Shown: positions 1 to 10,149 of the stretch, in pieces
Numbering within the stretch: position 1 is the first letter of the stretch
Layout: each line of letters starts with the position of its first letter
NCBI GenBank assembly: GCA_963700635.1
Contig: CAVOYH010000001.1
Coordinates: 1 to 64,000 of the forward strand
DNA: 64,000 nt
From: an uncultured Bacteroidota bacterium
Lineage (GTDB): Bacteria; Bacteroidota; Ignavibacteria; UBA10030; UBA6906
Direction of reading: 5' to 3'
Translations under genes and position numbers: made by a program
The notes under the pieces: model-generated
Database searches by the model: none
What the model was told of the DNA's origin: nothing
The model's input: only the letters and a program-made list of their open reading frames with translations

Positions 1-296
1 ATATCGTTGACCGTCTCACACCCGGCGAGAGGCCCGGATTCACCGAGAGAGGTTTTGGTCTTCCAGACATCAAAGATTCCAGACCCATCGGGGTGTTGGT
101 ATGTGGAATCGATGTACTGCGGGGTGATCCAGCGGAAATCACTTCCCAGTGCCCGGTGGAGTTCCTCCAGCGAAGACACTCCAAAATATGCGAAGTAGAT
201 CGGGAGAGTATCGGGATGAGGGTTCCCCAGCCAGAATCCACACCGGTCAACCGGCCGGCGGGATATGATCCGCTGTATACGTTCTCGCGAGTTCAT
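1..296 (-). CDS. Uroporphyrinogen decarboxylase (UroD/MtaA-CmuA-like) family protein; 5' part only, runs off the window edge
   Basis: Not in the ORF track. My translation from ATG 296: MNSRERIQRIISRRPVDRCGFWLGNPHPDTLPIYFAYFG..., open to base 1. The 'MNSRER...PxDR' N-terminus is typical of this family. ATGA overlap with the GH3 stop. Confidence 0.6.
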   Translation of the reverse strand, partial: MNSRERIQRIISRRPVDRCGFWLGNPHPDTLPIYFAYFGVSSLEELHRALGSDFRWITPQYIDSTYQHPDGSGIFDVWKTKTSLGESGPLAGCETVND

Positions 297-2986
297 TGCG
301 GTCCGGCGAGGATGTCGAACGAACCGGTCAGACGGATGTCCTCCGAAGAGCTTCCTACCATGACAGTAATAGTGCCGGATTCGAGGAACAATTCCATATT
401 TGCACCGGGATATGCCATGTCCCGGGCCTGAAGGATAAACGTCAGGGTTGTCACGGCGCCGGGAGCAAGCGAAACGCGTTTGAAACTTTTTAGCTCTTTC
501 ACCGGACGGGTAAATGTCGCGACTGGGTCTCGAGTGTAGATCTGGACCACCTCGTCACCATGACGGTTTCCTGTGTTCTGAATGTCAAAACGTATCTCCA
601 CGGCGCCCTCCGGACCTACCAGGCGCGGCATGATTCTCAGATTGCGGTATGTGAACGTAGTGTAACTCAGGCCGTGGCCGAAAGGGAAGAGGGGTTTGCC
701 GCTCAGATCGGTATAGTCATCCCCGCGGCCGGTGGGTTTGTGATTGTAGTAGAGGGGGACCTGCCCGACATGCTGGGGGAATGTCAGGGGCAGTTTCCCG
801 CCGGGTGATTCACTTCCGAACAGTACGTCTGCGAGTGCGTTTCCCCCTTCTTCCCCGGGGTACCATGCTTCCACGATCGCCGCCACACTATCGATCCAGC
901 CCGCCATCGTGACGGCATTCCCATTATAGAGCACTACCACGGTGGGTGTTCCCGTCCGGGCCACGGCGCGGATCAGATCTTCCTGTGCACCCGGGAGTTC
1001 CAGTTGTGTACGGTCGTACCCTTCACCTTCAATGATACCCACCGCAACAATTGCCACGTCAGCCCTCGTTGCGGCTTTTACGGCCGCCGCCTGACGCGGA
1101 TCCTGGCCGGCAAGCAGACGCCAGACAAGTCCGGCATAACTCCATCCCGAATTTTCATAGTAGTCGATACGGAGATCGTAATGTCGTCCGGATTCAAGTC
1201 GGATATCGATGGCGTCGAGTGTTGCGCCGCGGTCAAACCAGCGCTCGATAAGAAGTTTGCCATCGAGCCATAATCGTACACCATCATCCGTGCTGGCGCC
1301 AAGCCGGTACAGGCCCGAGATCGAAGGAATAAGCGTGCCGGTCCAGCGGACGGAGAACTGTTCCTTCGGGATAACAGAGTCAGGCGATCCCATGGCCCAC
1401 GTAAAGAGAATGCCCGGATCGGTCCGGACGAGCCGGGGCGCTCCTGAAAATGTCATATTGTCGTAGTACTCTCCACGCAGACCCTTCTCACCCGGCGCTC
1501 CTCCGGCCGGAATAAGATTCTCTGCCGGTATGGGCGGAAGTGCGGTATATCCCACGTCACATCCCTTTTCATAGAGTACAGACACGCTTTTGGGGAGCGC
1601 TCTGGTAATACCCTCGCGCAACGTAACGACTTCCATGCCGAATCCACTGTAATCGCCAAGGAGGACGGAATCGGCACACGGTCCGATTACAGCGATGGAC
1701 GACAGATTCTTTTTCAGCGGCAGCACGGCAGGATCGTTCTTCAGGAGCACAATAGCCTTCCTTGCGGCCTCCCGGGCCAACGCGCGATGGGCTTTGCTGT
1801 CATTCACTCTGTCAGCCAGAGCAGAATCGGCATACGGCTGCTCGAAGAGCCCGAGTTTGAATTTCGCCCGCAGGACATTTCTCAAAGCGTTATCAAGAGT
1901 TTCTGTTGTCACCAGTTTTTCGTTCACTGCCTCCACGAGGGGCGCGCCGTAATAGTGGATATCCGGAAGCTCCATGTCGAGTCCGGCAGTCAGTGCCTTT
2001 GCCGCTGTCTCTTTCATGGTCGCCGTTACTCCGTGCTTCTCCCGGATGCCGGCGACGGAACCATAATCGGAAACGACAAACCCCCTGAATCCCCACTCTT
2101 TACGCAGGACGTCGGTCAGCAGCCACTCGTTAGCAGAACAGGGTACATCGTTCAGCGCATTGTAGGAAGCCATGACGGACCATGCTCCGGCTTCCTGAAT
2201 GCAGGCCTTGAATGGGACGAGGTACACCTCCCGCAATTCCCGCTCTGAAAGAAAAACGGGATAACTATCTCGTCCTCCGTCTCCGTAGTTGGCAATGAAG
2301 TGTTTCGGGGTGGTCAGGACTCCTTCCTGTTCAACACCGGAGCAGAAAGCCACGCCCATCCGTGATTGTAGAAGGGGATCCTCGCCATACGTTTCCCCCA
2401 CACGGCCCCAGCGGACATCGCGCGCGATATTCACGACCGGTGAGAGCACCTGGCGGATACCACGGGACCGTGCTTCCCTCCCGATTGCTGTTCCGACCCG
2501 GTTCATGATGCCCGGGTCCCACGTGGCTGCAAGCCCTATTGCCTGGGGGAAACTTGTTGCCTTGTTGCCGATGAGTCCGTGCAGGGCCTCATCATGGAAG
2601 AGAAGGGGGATGTGGAGACGGCTTTGCTCGACAGCCAGCTTCTGGATAGCATTGATTCTCTGTGCGGCAGCGCCTGCCGTGAACGACCGCACAATCGGTC
2701 CCACACCGCCGAGACCGTCAACCGTCAGATTCTGTCCCCACTCAACCTTTCTCATGGTGCAACGCAGTTGCGCTACTTTTTCTTCCAGCGTCATGCGGGA
2801 AATAAGATCGGTGATTCGTTCCTCAACCGGAGCCGAAGGATTCAGATACACGGCGCCGGTGGCAGCAGGACTTTGTGCAAACGCGCTGCTCATCACCAGC
2901 ACCGTGCAGGCAGATCCGGCGGCAAGGAGTGTCCGGGAACCGGTTCGGGAGTGCAGTAAACGTGAGAACCAATGGACCGTTGTCAT
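293..2986 (-). CDS. GH3 beta-glucosidase/beta-xylosidase with PA14 insert and C-terminal Fn3-like domain, secreted
   Basis: Motifs DEALHG, ETYGEDP, KHFIANY and VVSDY (nucleophile Asp); PA14-like FSVRWTG...DDGVRLW; signal peptide ending SAFA-Q. Start placed at ATG 2986 (GGAGG upstream, abuts GH38 stop). Confidence 0.92.
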   Translation of the reverse strand: MTTVHWFSRLLHSRTGSRTLLAAGSACTVLVMSSAFAQSPAATGAVYLNPSAPVEERITDLISRMTLEEKVAQLRCTMRKVEWGQNLTVDGLGGVGPIVRSFTAGAAAQRINAIQKLAVEQSRLHIPLLFHDEALHGLIGNKATSFPQAIGLAATWDPGIMNRVGTAIGREARSRGIRQVLSPVVNIARDVRWGRVGETYGEDPLLQSRMGVAFCSGVEQEGVLTTPKHFIANYGDGGRDSYPVFLSERELREVYLVPFKACIQEAGAWSVMASYNALNDVPCSANEWLLTDVLRKEWGFRGFVVSDYGSVAGIREKHGVTATMKETAAKALTAGLDMELPDIHYYGAPLVEAVNEKLVTTETLDNALRNVLRAKFKLGLFEQPYADSALADRVNDSKAHRALAREAARKAIVLLKNDPAVLPLKKNLSSIAVIGPCADSVLLGDYSGFGMEVVTLREGITRALPKSVSVLYEKGCDVGYTALPPIPAENLIPAGGAPGEKGLRGEYYDNMTFSGAPRLVRTDPGILFTWAMGSPDSVIPKEQFSVRWTGTLIPSISGLYRLGASTDDGVRLWLDGKLLIERWFDRGATLDAIDIRLESGRHYDLRIDYYENSGWSYAGLVWRLLAGQDPRQAAAVKAATRADVAIVAVGIIEGEGYDRTQLELPGAQEDLIRAVARTGTPTVVVLYNGNAVTMAGWIDSVAAIVEAWYPGEEGGNALADVLFGSESPGGKLPLTFPQHVGQVPLYYNHKPTGRGDDYTDLSGKPLFPFGHGLSYTTFTYRNLRIMPRLVGPEGAVEIRFDIQNTGNRHGDEVVQIYTRDPVATFTRPVKELKSFKRVSLAPGAVTTLTFILQARDMAYPGANMELFLESGTITVMVGSSSEDIRLTGSFDILAGPQ

Positions 2987-2987
2987 G

Positions 2988-5430
2988 TTATACCCCCTCC
3001 AGCGGATCTGTTTCATGCCATCGCCCCCGCCTTACGATACGGAGAGATTTAATCTCCAGGGGGCGGAAGCGGAGTGATTTCGCGCGCGTCGTATCTTGAA
3101 GCGAAAGTGTGGCTGAAACACTCTTGCCCGTTGTTTCCTGGAGCCGGACAATCAACGCCTTCCCATCCTCGCTCCGTTTGAGGGCGAGTAAGCGGATTGT
3201 TGAAGGGCTTACGGAAAGCCATTCCGCAGATGATGGCAGAACCTGAGACGATGGCTTTTTTTCCGCCGGTGTGCCGATGGGAAGATGCGCGAATGTCGGT
3301 GGCGGGGCGGCGAGCCAATCAGACAACCCGGGGCAGCATGGAGCGCACTGTGTCCGGGTCGCCCACCGTCACGAGCACACGGAATTCATGGATACCCTGA
3401 TCCATGTACTTCCTTGTCGGAGGATCACTCAGAGGGAAACCCTTTTCGTGGCAGTACGCAGCGCTGCGGAGAACCGAGAGACGGATTTCCCCATCACGAA
3501 CGTCAAGGCCGTGTTGCCCGCTGTTCACAATACCCAGAGCGGTCTCTTTGCCATCGACAAGGCCGTTTGCCATACACCACCCGCCATGCACGTGTTCCTC
3601 ACCATCGGCGGGACGTTCCATAATTCCGCCGGGGACCTCGCAGAGCAGTGTCGGAGATGCCAGTGTGGTGGGAATCGAGAGTTTGAGACGTTTTCGCTTT
3701 TCCTGCCAGTGGATGCGCCAGTGGAACTCCACGACCGGCCAGTCGGGATAGACGATGGTCCGGAGGACAATCGTACTGGACTGGAACGAGAACTCCGATT
3801 CGGTGATACGACGTATGGGGCCGTCGTACAAAACACGGCCGGGTTGGCCTTGCGGAGCGAACGAACCCACGACCTTCCGGTATTGCCAGCAGTCGGCTCC
3901 CCATGCATCACCCTCGTCTTCCATCACCAGCGGTGCCATCATGGGACCTGTCAGGCACTCCCTATCGTTGCCGGCGTGCAGTGACCGGATCAGACCCGTC
4001 GCGGGATCAGTTGAATGACGAAGAAGAGGAATGATGGGTCGCGTATCCCGTTTGCCTTCATGAATCTGAAGGGCAAACCGGGCACTGCCGGTGTGCGGAA
4101 GGTCGGCCATAAAGCTGATCTTCCGTCTCCATCCATTAAAGGGGAGCAGGGATTCCGGTTGTTCCTCCTGATGAGGGATTTCCTCTCCCTCCAGCGTGGT
4201 GAGGCGAAGGTGCCACGTTCCCGTCCATTTCGGCCGGAGATCCAGCATACACTCCACTTCAACGGGGACGCGCGGGAGCGATGGGTTTGTATTCAGGACT
4301 GTGACCGGAACATACAGGGGAATATATCTCCCCCGGTTCAGAGCCGTCACCGCACCCATCCGGATCTTCTGGGTCAATGAGCCCGCAGAACCGTAAAGAT
4401 CGAGTGCGTCCTGTTCGGCCGGTTCCGTGCAGGTGCCGGGGAGAATGTCGTGGAAATCATTAAACAGCACATGTTCCCATGCCTGCCGTAGTTCAGCGTC
4501 CGGGTAGGCCGCATGCTGGAACCACCACGCCGCGGCGCTAAGGGCTTCGGCCTGAACGAGTCCGGCCGTTGTGGAAAAGGCGCGACGCTTGAGACGTGAA
4601 AGGGATGTATAACAGCCGGTGAAAACCCGCTGGATATCACCGTGCACCAGGGGGGCATTCCGGGCGTGCGAACGCAGAGCCCGGTAGAGCCGTTCCGGCG
4701 TGCTGTGCCGGATGTGCACGCGCTGTTCTTTTCGCTGAAACGCGCCAATAGTCTCAAGATCCTCCCGTGTCGCGCCGCCGCCATGATTGCCGATTCCCCA
4801 GAACACCGGAACATCCCGGTTCAGACGGAGGGCGAGTTCCGTCCCCTCATTCAGGCGCTGCTCGATGTTATCCCGTTCGGTATGGTACAACCCGACGGCA
4901 ATCCGGTAGGTGAGGATCTCAGAACCGTCTGCACCCTGCCAGCGGTAGAGGTCTGATGGAAGGTGCAGTTCGGACTCCTGTGGCCGCAGATGAATGTACA
5001 TCCTGTATCCGGTCTGGACGAGCACCTGCGGCAGGCCCGCGCCATGGCCGAATGAATCGAAGTTGTATGCCACGTGTGGTCTGGCGTGAAAATGTTCCGC
5101 GAAAAACCGGCGGCCCTCCAGAATGTGCCGGAATATCGACTCGATCGAAGGGAGATTGACATCGGGCTGAAGAAACCAGCCTCCGCTGATGCACCACCGC
5201 CCGGCGCGGACCAGACGCTGAATACTGCGGAACAGAGCCGGATCGTATTGCTGGACCCACTTGTAGAGGATGGCTTCGTTGTGGTTGAAGATCAGCGAAG
5301 GAAAATCGCCCAGTATCCGAACGGCATTTCCGAACGTCGACAGTGTTTCACTGCATCCTTCTTCCCAGCGCCACTGCCAGACCGGGTCAAGGTGAGCATT
5401 ACAGATCAGATGAACGGTGGGCTTCGCCAT
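2988..5430 (-). CDS. GH38 alpha-mannosidase family protein with one frameshift near 3330
   Basis: N-terminal AHLDPVWQW, DSFGH and FHDILPGT motifs. The C-terminal tail (LKRSEDG..LIVRLQE..FRPLEIKSL) lies in another frame (2988..3326); removing one base from the CCCCGGG run rejoins it as ..LPGLSDWL.. Confidence 0.85.
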
Positions 5431-5435
5431 GAGTG

Positions 5436-7196
5436 TTACACCTCATCCGGTGAGGGAAGGTTTTTGTACCAGGTAAAATACAGCACCACACCAAGCGCAA
5501 GAGTCAAGGCAAGCCACAATCCCATACGTTCCCATTCCCGCAGGAAGAGATAGAAGGGAACGAGGGCAAGACAGATCTGGAACACGGTGGTAACCCCGCC
5601 GTTCAGAACATCGATCATCGGCATACGATCGTGGACAGGGACAAGGCCCCTTCGTTGGGCTTCCCGGCGGACGGGGCCCCAGAAGCCAAAGGGGCGGATC
5701 CGCGAATAGAAGGCCACGAGCGTATCCATCGGTGCGGGTGCGGTGTAGGCTCCAATGACCAGGGTGATCACCAGTGAGACCAGAGTATCCACGGCGAGTG
5801 TCAGGACGATGCCCCATTCCGGAAAGAATATTTTTTGCGAGACGATAAAGATCGCCGTGGCGACCATACTCCAGACAAACGCTTTTGCACTGAACCGCCA
5901 CCAGTGCCAGCGGCAGGTGGAGGGAACGAGAATCATTGTCACAACAATAAAGATCATCGTCTCCCAAGCGGAAACAATGTCGGTGAAGGACAGACTGAAT
6001 ACGAAGCCCAGTGTAATTGCGCCGACGGATGCAAGTTGACCGGCGCGGACGAGTTGTTTGGGCTTCAGGTCCTTCGCAACGTATCGTGCGAGAAAGTCGT
6101 TGGTGACCACGGAGCTGGTGACATTGATCATGGCGCTCAGCGTTGACATCAGGGCCGCAAGGAGGATGGCCATAAAAATTCCCTGCATGCCGATGGGAAG
6201 CTGTTTGAGGACGAGTGGCATCATTTTCTCGGCGTCAAAACCCGCCCCGGGACCGAGGGTGGACATACCGAGGATAAGGAAGGAACAGGCGATGATCCAG
6301 CGGAGCGTGTACCCGACGGTCCAGGTTCCGGCGGCGAGTGAAGCGTCGCGGGGGGTTTTTGTTGTGAGGAAGAACTGAAAATCCCAGACGTTCGGTCCGG
6401 CAAGCACCCTGAAGATGAGCCAGCTGAATCCGGCCAGAATCATTGTGCCGAATGCATTGTAGTGAGCATACGCGCCCGGTGTGTCGGTGATGTAGGAAGG
6501 CCACAATGTCCAGGTGGGCGTGAGCGAACTCCAGGCGGGATCTTTTGTGGCGAGGACGGATGAACCTACGTCTGTCTGCATGGCCATCGCCCCGAGTACA
6601 ATGGCGCCGACCGCGATGAGCATGGTCTGGAACACATCGGTGACGATCACACCTTTAAAACCTCCGAGCGTAACATAGATCCCCACCACCCCGAAGACGA
6701 TCAGCGCCGATTGCCAGCGGGTGAAGGGGAGGAATTCCTCGGCAAACTTGCCTGTGCCGACCGCCATGAACATAAGATTAAACACCATGAGGACCAGAAG
6801 AAACGTCGCGGCCGCGAGACGGGCGTGCTCGGTGTCACGGGTATTTCCGAAACGCGTGACATTCCATTCGGCGAAGGTCATAACCCCTGACCTCCGGATG
6901 TATTTGGCCTGGAAGGCCATGAAGAAACAGATGATAAGCCATCCCCAGAAGATGTGCGTCATCCAGATACTCTTGAGGCCGAGGTAGTACATTGCGCCGA
7001 CGAGCGCCATCGTCCCGCCGATATCGATATAACTTGAACAGCCGGCCAGTCCGAGCATCCACCACGGCACATTCCTGTCGGCAAGGAAATATGCGCCCAC
7101 GTCCGCTGTGGCCTTCTTCTGGATATAGAACCCGACAAATGCATTCAGAATGAGGTAGAGAATGATAATGGCAAGATCAACCGGGTGGAGTGCCAT
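5436..7196 (-). CDS. Sodium:solute symporter (SSS) family transporter, probably for sugars
   Basis: Many hydrophobic helices; motifs YFLADRNVPWW, YVTLGGFKGVIVTD and LAALMST; start MALHPVD preceded by AAGGA. Confidence 0.88.
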   Translation of the reverse strand: MALHPVDLAIIILYLILNAFVGFYIQKKATADVGAYFLADRNVPWWMLGLAGCSSYIDIGGTMALVGAMYYLGLKSIWMTHIFWGWLIICFFMAFQAKYIRRSGVMTFAEWNVTRFGNTRDTEHARLAAATFLLVLMVFNLMFMAVGTGKFAEEFLPFTRWQSALIVFGVVGIYVTLGGFKGVIVTDVFQTMLIAVGAIVLGAMAMQTDVGSSVLATKDPAWSSLTPTWTLWPSYITDTPGAYAHYNAFGTMILAGFSWLIFRVLAGPNVWDFQFFLTTKTPRDASLAAGTWTVGYTLRWIIACSFLILGMSTLGPGAGFDAEKMMPLVLKQLPIGMQGIFMAILLAALMSTLSAMINVTSSVVTNDFLARYVAKDLKPKQLVRAGQLASVGAITLGFVFSLSFTDIVSAWETMIFIVVTMILVPSTCRWHWWRFSAKAFVWSMVATAIFIVSQKIFFPEWGIVLTLAVDTLVSLVITLVIGAYTAPAPMDTLVAFYSRIRPFGFWGPVRREAQRRGLVPVHDRMPMIDVLNGGVTTVFQICLALVPFYLFLREWERMGLWLALTLALGVVLYFTWYKNLPSPDEV

Positions 7197-7312
7197 ACTG
7201 TTCCTTTGGAGGAATTGGATAAACGCTGCTCCCGGCACGTCTGGTTGAAACGTCGAGGTATTGGCGTAATCCAGAATACCGGCGAGACGCGATAAAGAAG
7301 AGGATGTGGATC

Positions 7313-7354
7313 ATAATAGAGGAATCTGCAGATATATGCAAGCAAACGATTGCA
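7313..7354 (-). promoter_or_regulatory. sigma70-type promoter for the glycoside operon with adjacent LacI-type operator
   Basis: Minus strand TTGCAT(7341-7336)-17 nt-TATTAT(7318-7313). AGCAAACGATTGCA at 7341-7354 matches the LacI-family GCAAnCGnTTGC palindrome and abuts the -35. Confidence 0.55.
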
Positions 7355-7391
7355 CAGGGAACTTCAATTGTGTGCGTACCCCTCCCCATCT

Positions 7392-9947
7392 TTAACGGCG
7401 CGACCTTCGGAATGTATGAGGCGGTGCTTTCAGCGGATCCTCAGGCCATGGATGCTTGGGGTACCGGCCACGCATCTGCTTCCGTACATCCGGATATACG
7501 TTGGCCCAGAAACTGGATAGATCCGACGTAACCGCCAGCGGTCTTCCCGCCGGAGACATCAAGTGAAGCAACACGCGGACTTTACCTCCGGCTACACTCG
7601 GGCTTTCCCTCTGCCCGAACATCTCCTGAAGGCGAACCGCCATGACCGGCTGAGGGCCTTCTCCGTAGCGGAGCGTAATCTGTGACCCGGCAGGCGAGCG
7701 CAGATGAGTGGGAGCAAGCTGCTCTAACAGTGTGCGCCGACGGGCATCCAGGAAGAATCGTAGCGCATCGTTGAGGTCAATGCTGCTCAGCTCGTCCAGT
7801 CGAACCAGACCCCTGACGTGCGCCCCCAGCCACTCCGGCAATGCCGCAAGCAGGTGCTCACCGCTCAGGTCCGGCCAGTTGCTTCCGACCAGGCCATTTT
7901 GCCGGAGCCATTCGCTGCGGTCGCGCAGACTTTCTGTTTTTGGTGTCCAGGGTAAACACGCCAGCCCCCGGCGCGTAATCCCGTCAAGCAACAGGGGCGT
8001 CACTTTCACGCCGGACGGCTCCATGGATTGTTCGGTGAGCTTCACCGCACCGATACGGGTGATCTTTCGATTGCGTACCGATCCCGAGCCCTCATCCCAG
8101 AAGAGTTCTTCCTCTTCCACAATCAGTCCGGCAAAGTGATCCTGGATCGTGCTCCGGTCGAGAGGGGATGCGAGAAAGATCCGTGCCTCCACCCCGACAC
8201 CATCCACATCACCCACGGCGAGATAGGCATGCCGCGCAAGCTGACTCCATTCCGGAAGCTGTGCGCCCGTGCCGTTGGCGAGCACGTACCGCCGTCCGGT
8301 ATCGCCGCGCCGTTGTGCAATACGATCAGGATAGGCGAATGCGAGGAGGAGGCCGGGATCGTCAGGAGTTGTCGCGGAAATTGAGCGGGATGAAAAAGAT
8401 GTGTTGCCAGATGCCGGGGAAGCGCCATCAGTCGGACGAGAGGGAGGGGCTTCTACCAGCCGGCGGAGCCGCCGGGATTCCGCCTGTATAAGTGACCGGG
8501 AAACACGATCCGTCTCACCTCCGCCATGCAGGGCATGGAGTAATCCTGCAAGGTCGAGATCACCCTGCCTGCCTGCACGCCCCAGCGGGGGTCCTTCAAG
8601 GAGCGCCGCAATGTCACACGCATCTTCTGTTCTGGAAATCGACTGCGCCTGCACGATCATGTGGGCCAGCCGCGGATGAACAGGAAGCCGGCTCATTGCC
8701 AGGCCGTGTGGGGTGAGTTTGTACGACCCATCCAGCGCACCCAGTTGCTGAAGCAACAGGCGGGCCTGTGACAGGTGAGGGATGGGCGGAGCATCCAGAA
8801 AGCGCAGACCGGACCCTTCCGGTGATCCCCAGCGCGCAAGGTCGATTGCAAAAGAAGCGAGATCTGCCACAAGGATTTCCGGGGTGGGGAATTGCTCCAG
8901 CGTTGCGTGCTGTTCCGCAGTCCAGAGCCGGTAGCAAACGCCTGCCGCCTGCCTCCCGGCTCTCCCCCGGCGTTGCTCGGCCGTAGCCAGTGATACCGGC
9001 ACCGTTGTGAGCCCTGACATCCCCCTCCTCGGATCGAACCTGGGAATCCGCGCAAATCCGCTGTCGATGACCACCCGCACGCCGTCAATGGTCAGACTCG
9101 TTTCGGCTATGCTGGTTGCAAGAATCACCTTCCGGCGGTCCGGTTGTGGCGGTGCGAGAACGTTAAGCTGATCGGCCCACGCCATTTCACCATGAAGAAG
9201 AAAAACGTGGACATTGTCCGGCAGAGTGGAATCCAGCAGCCGATCGCGGGTACGTTGCAATTCGCGGCGGCCGGGAAGAAACACGAGAAGATCCCCTTCG
9301 GTCTCTGACAGAGCCCGAAAAGTTGTTGCTGCCACTGCGGACTCCAGCTGGCCCTCGACGGGGGAAGTCCGGTACACGGTCTCGACAGGATAAGCGCGAC
9401 CTTCGCTGCGGATAACCGGAACATCTCCCAGAATCCGGCTGAGTGCAAGCCCGTCCAGTGTGGCTGACATGACCAGGATGCGCAGGTCTGGTCTCAGGTG
9501 GTCCCGCGCATCGAGTGCAAGGGCGAGCCCGAGGTCAGCATGGATACTCCGCTCATGAAATTCATCAAAAATCAGTACCGTAATGCCGGGAAGATCGGGG
9601 TCATCCTGCAGCATTCTTGTCAGAATACCCTCTGTCACAACTTCAATGCGAGTTGAGGAACTGACGCGTGATTCTCCGCGGATCCGGTATCCGACGGTCT
9701 GTCCAACCTGTTCTCCCAGGAGTGAGGCCATAAATGCTGCCGAGCGCCGGGCTGCAAGCCTGCGGGGCTCAAGCATCATAAGGCGTCCGTCGCCCGGAAG
9801 CCCGGCCTCCAGGAGGGCAAGAGGTACTCGCGTGGTCTTTCCTGCGCCGGGGGGCGCAATGACGATTGCCGAAGGTGATTTCCGGAGAGCAGAATGGAGT
9901 TCCGGGAGTATCGTGTCGATGGGGAAGTTGAGGTTCAGGGGCGCCAT
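7392..9947 (-). CDS. hrpB: ATP-dependent RNA helicase HrpB
   Basis: APPGAGKTT, DEFHERS, MSAT, QRRGRAGR, and the C-terminal HrpB signature MRGRYPKHPWPEDP. Confidence 0.95.
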   Translation of the reverse strand: MAPLNLNFPIDTILPELHSALRKSPSAIVIAPPGAGKTTRVPLALLEAGLPGDGRLMMLEPRRLAARRSAAFMASLLGEQVGQTVGYRIRGESRVSSSTRIEVVTEGILTRMLQDDPDLPGITVLIFDEFHERSIHADLGLALALDARDHLRPDLRILVMSATLDGLALSRILGDVPVIRSEGRAYPVETVYRTSPVEGQLESAVAATTFRALSETEGDLLVFLPGRRELQRTRDRLLDSTLPDNVHVFLLHGEMAWADQLNVLAPPQPDRRKVILATSIAETSLTIDGVRVVIDSGFARIPRFDPRRGMSGLTTVPVSLATAEQRRGRAGRQAAGVCYRLWTAEQHATLEQFPTPEILVADLASFAIDLARWGSPEGSGLRFLDAPPIPHLSQARLLLQQLGALDGSYKLTPHGLAMSRLPVHPRLAHMIVQAQSISRTEDACDIAALLEGPPLGRAGRQGDLDLAGLLHALHGGGETDRVSRSLIQAESRRLRRLVEAPPSRPTDGASPASGNTSFSSRSISATTPDDPGLLLAFAYPDRIAQRRGDTGRRYVLANGTGAQLPEWSQLARHAYLAVGDVDGVGVEARIFLASPLDRSTIQDHFAGLIVEEEELFWDEGSGSVRNRKITRIGAVKLTEQSMEPSGVKVTPLLLDGITRRGLACLPWTPKTESLRDRSEWLRQNGLVGSNWPDLSGEHLLAALPEWLGAHVRGLVRLDELSSIDLNDALRFFLDARRRTLLEQLAPTHLRSPAGSQITLRYGEGPQPVMAVRLQEMFGQRESPSVAGGKVRVLLHLMSPAGRPLAVTSDLSSFWANVYPDVRKQMRGRYPKHPWPEDPLKAPPHTFRRSRR

Positions 9948-10094
9948 AATGACTCCGTCTAATCTACCACCACTGTCTCTGAGAATCAACGCACCGTTCG
10001 AAGTGAAGCTCATGGGAGGTGGCCGGCGCACTTCACCCGGATGCCGATATTTCGCCTGATTGGTCCGTTCACGTCATGTCGCGCGCCGAATCCA

Positions 10095-10123
10095 TTGATT
10101 CTGCCGTTGTTTAGTGCTACCTT
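10095..10123 (+). promoter_or_regulatory. sigma70-type promoter for the purine-catabolism-type operon
   Basis: TTGATT-17 nt-TACCTT with an extended -10 TG, about 25 nt before the first ORF. Confidence 0.45.
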
Positions 10124-10149
10124 GCCAGTACACTTCGGGGTTATGATAC

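Noticed and set aside
3319-3321. TGA ending the GH38 ORF as possible selenocysteine/readthrough
   Set aside because: The continuation lies in a different frame, so an indel explains it.
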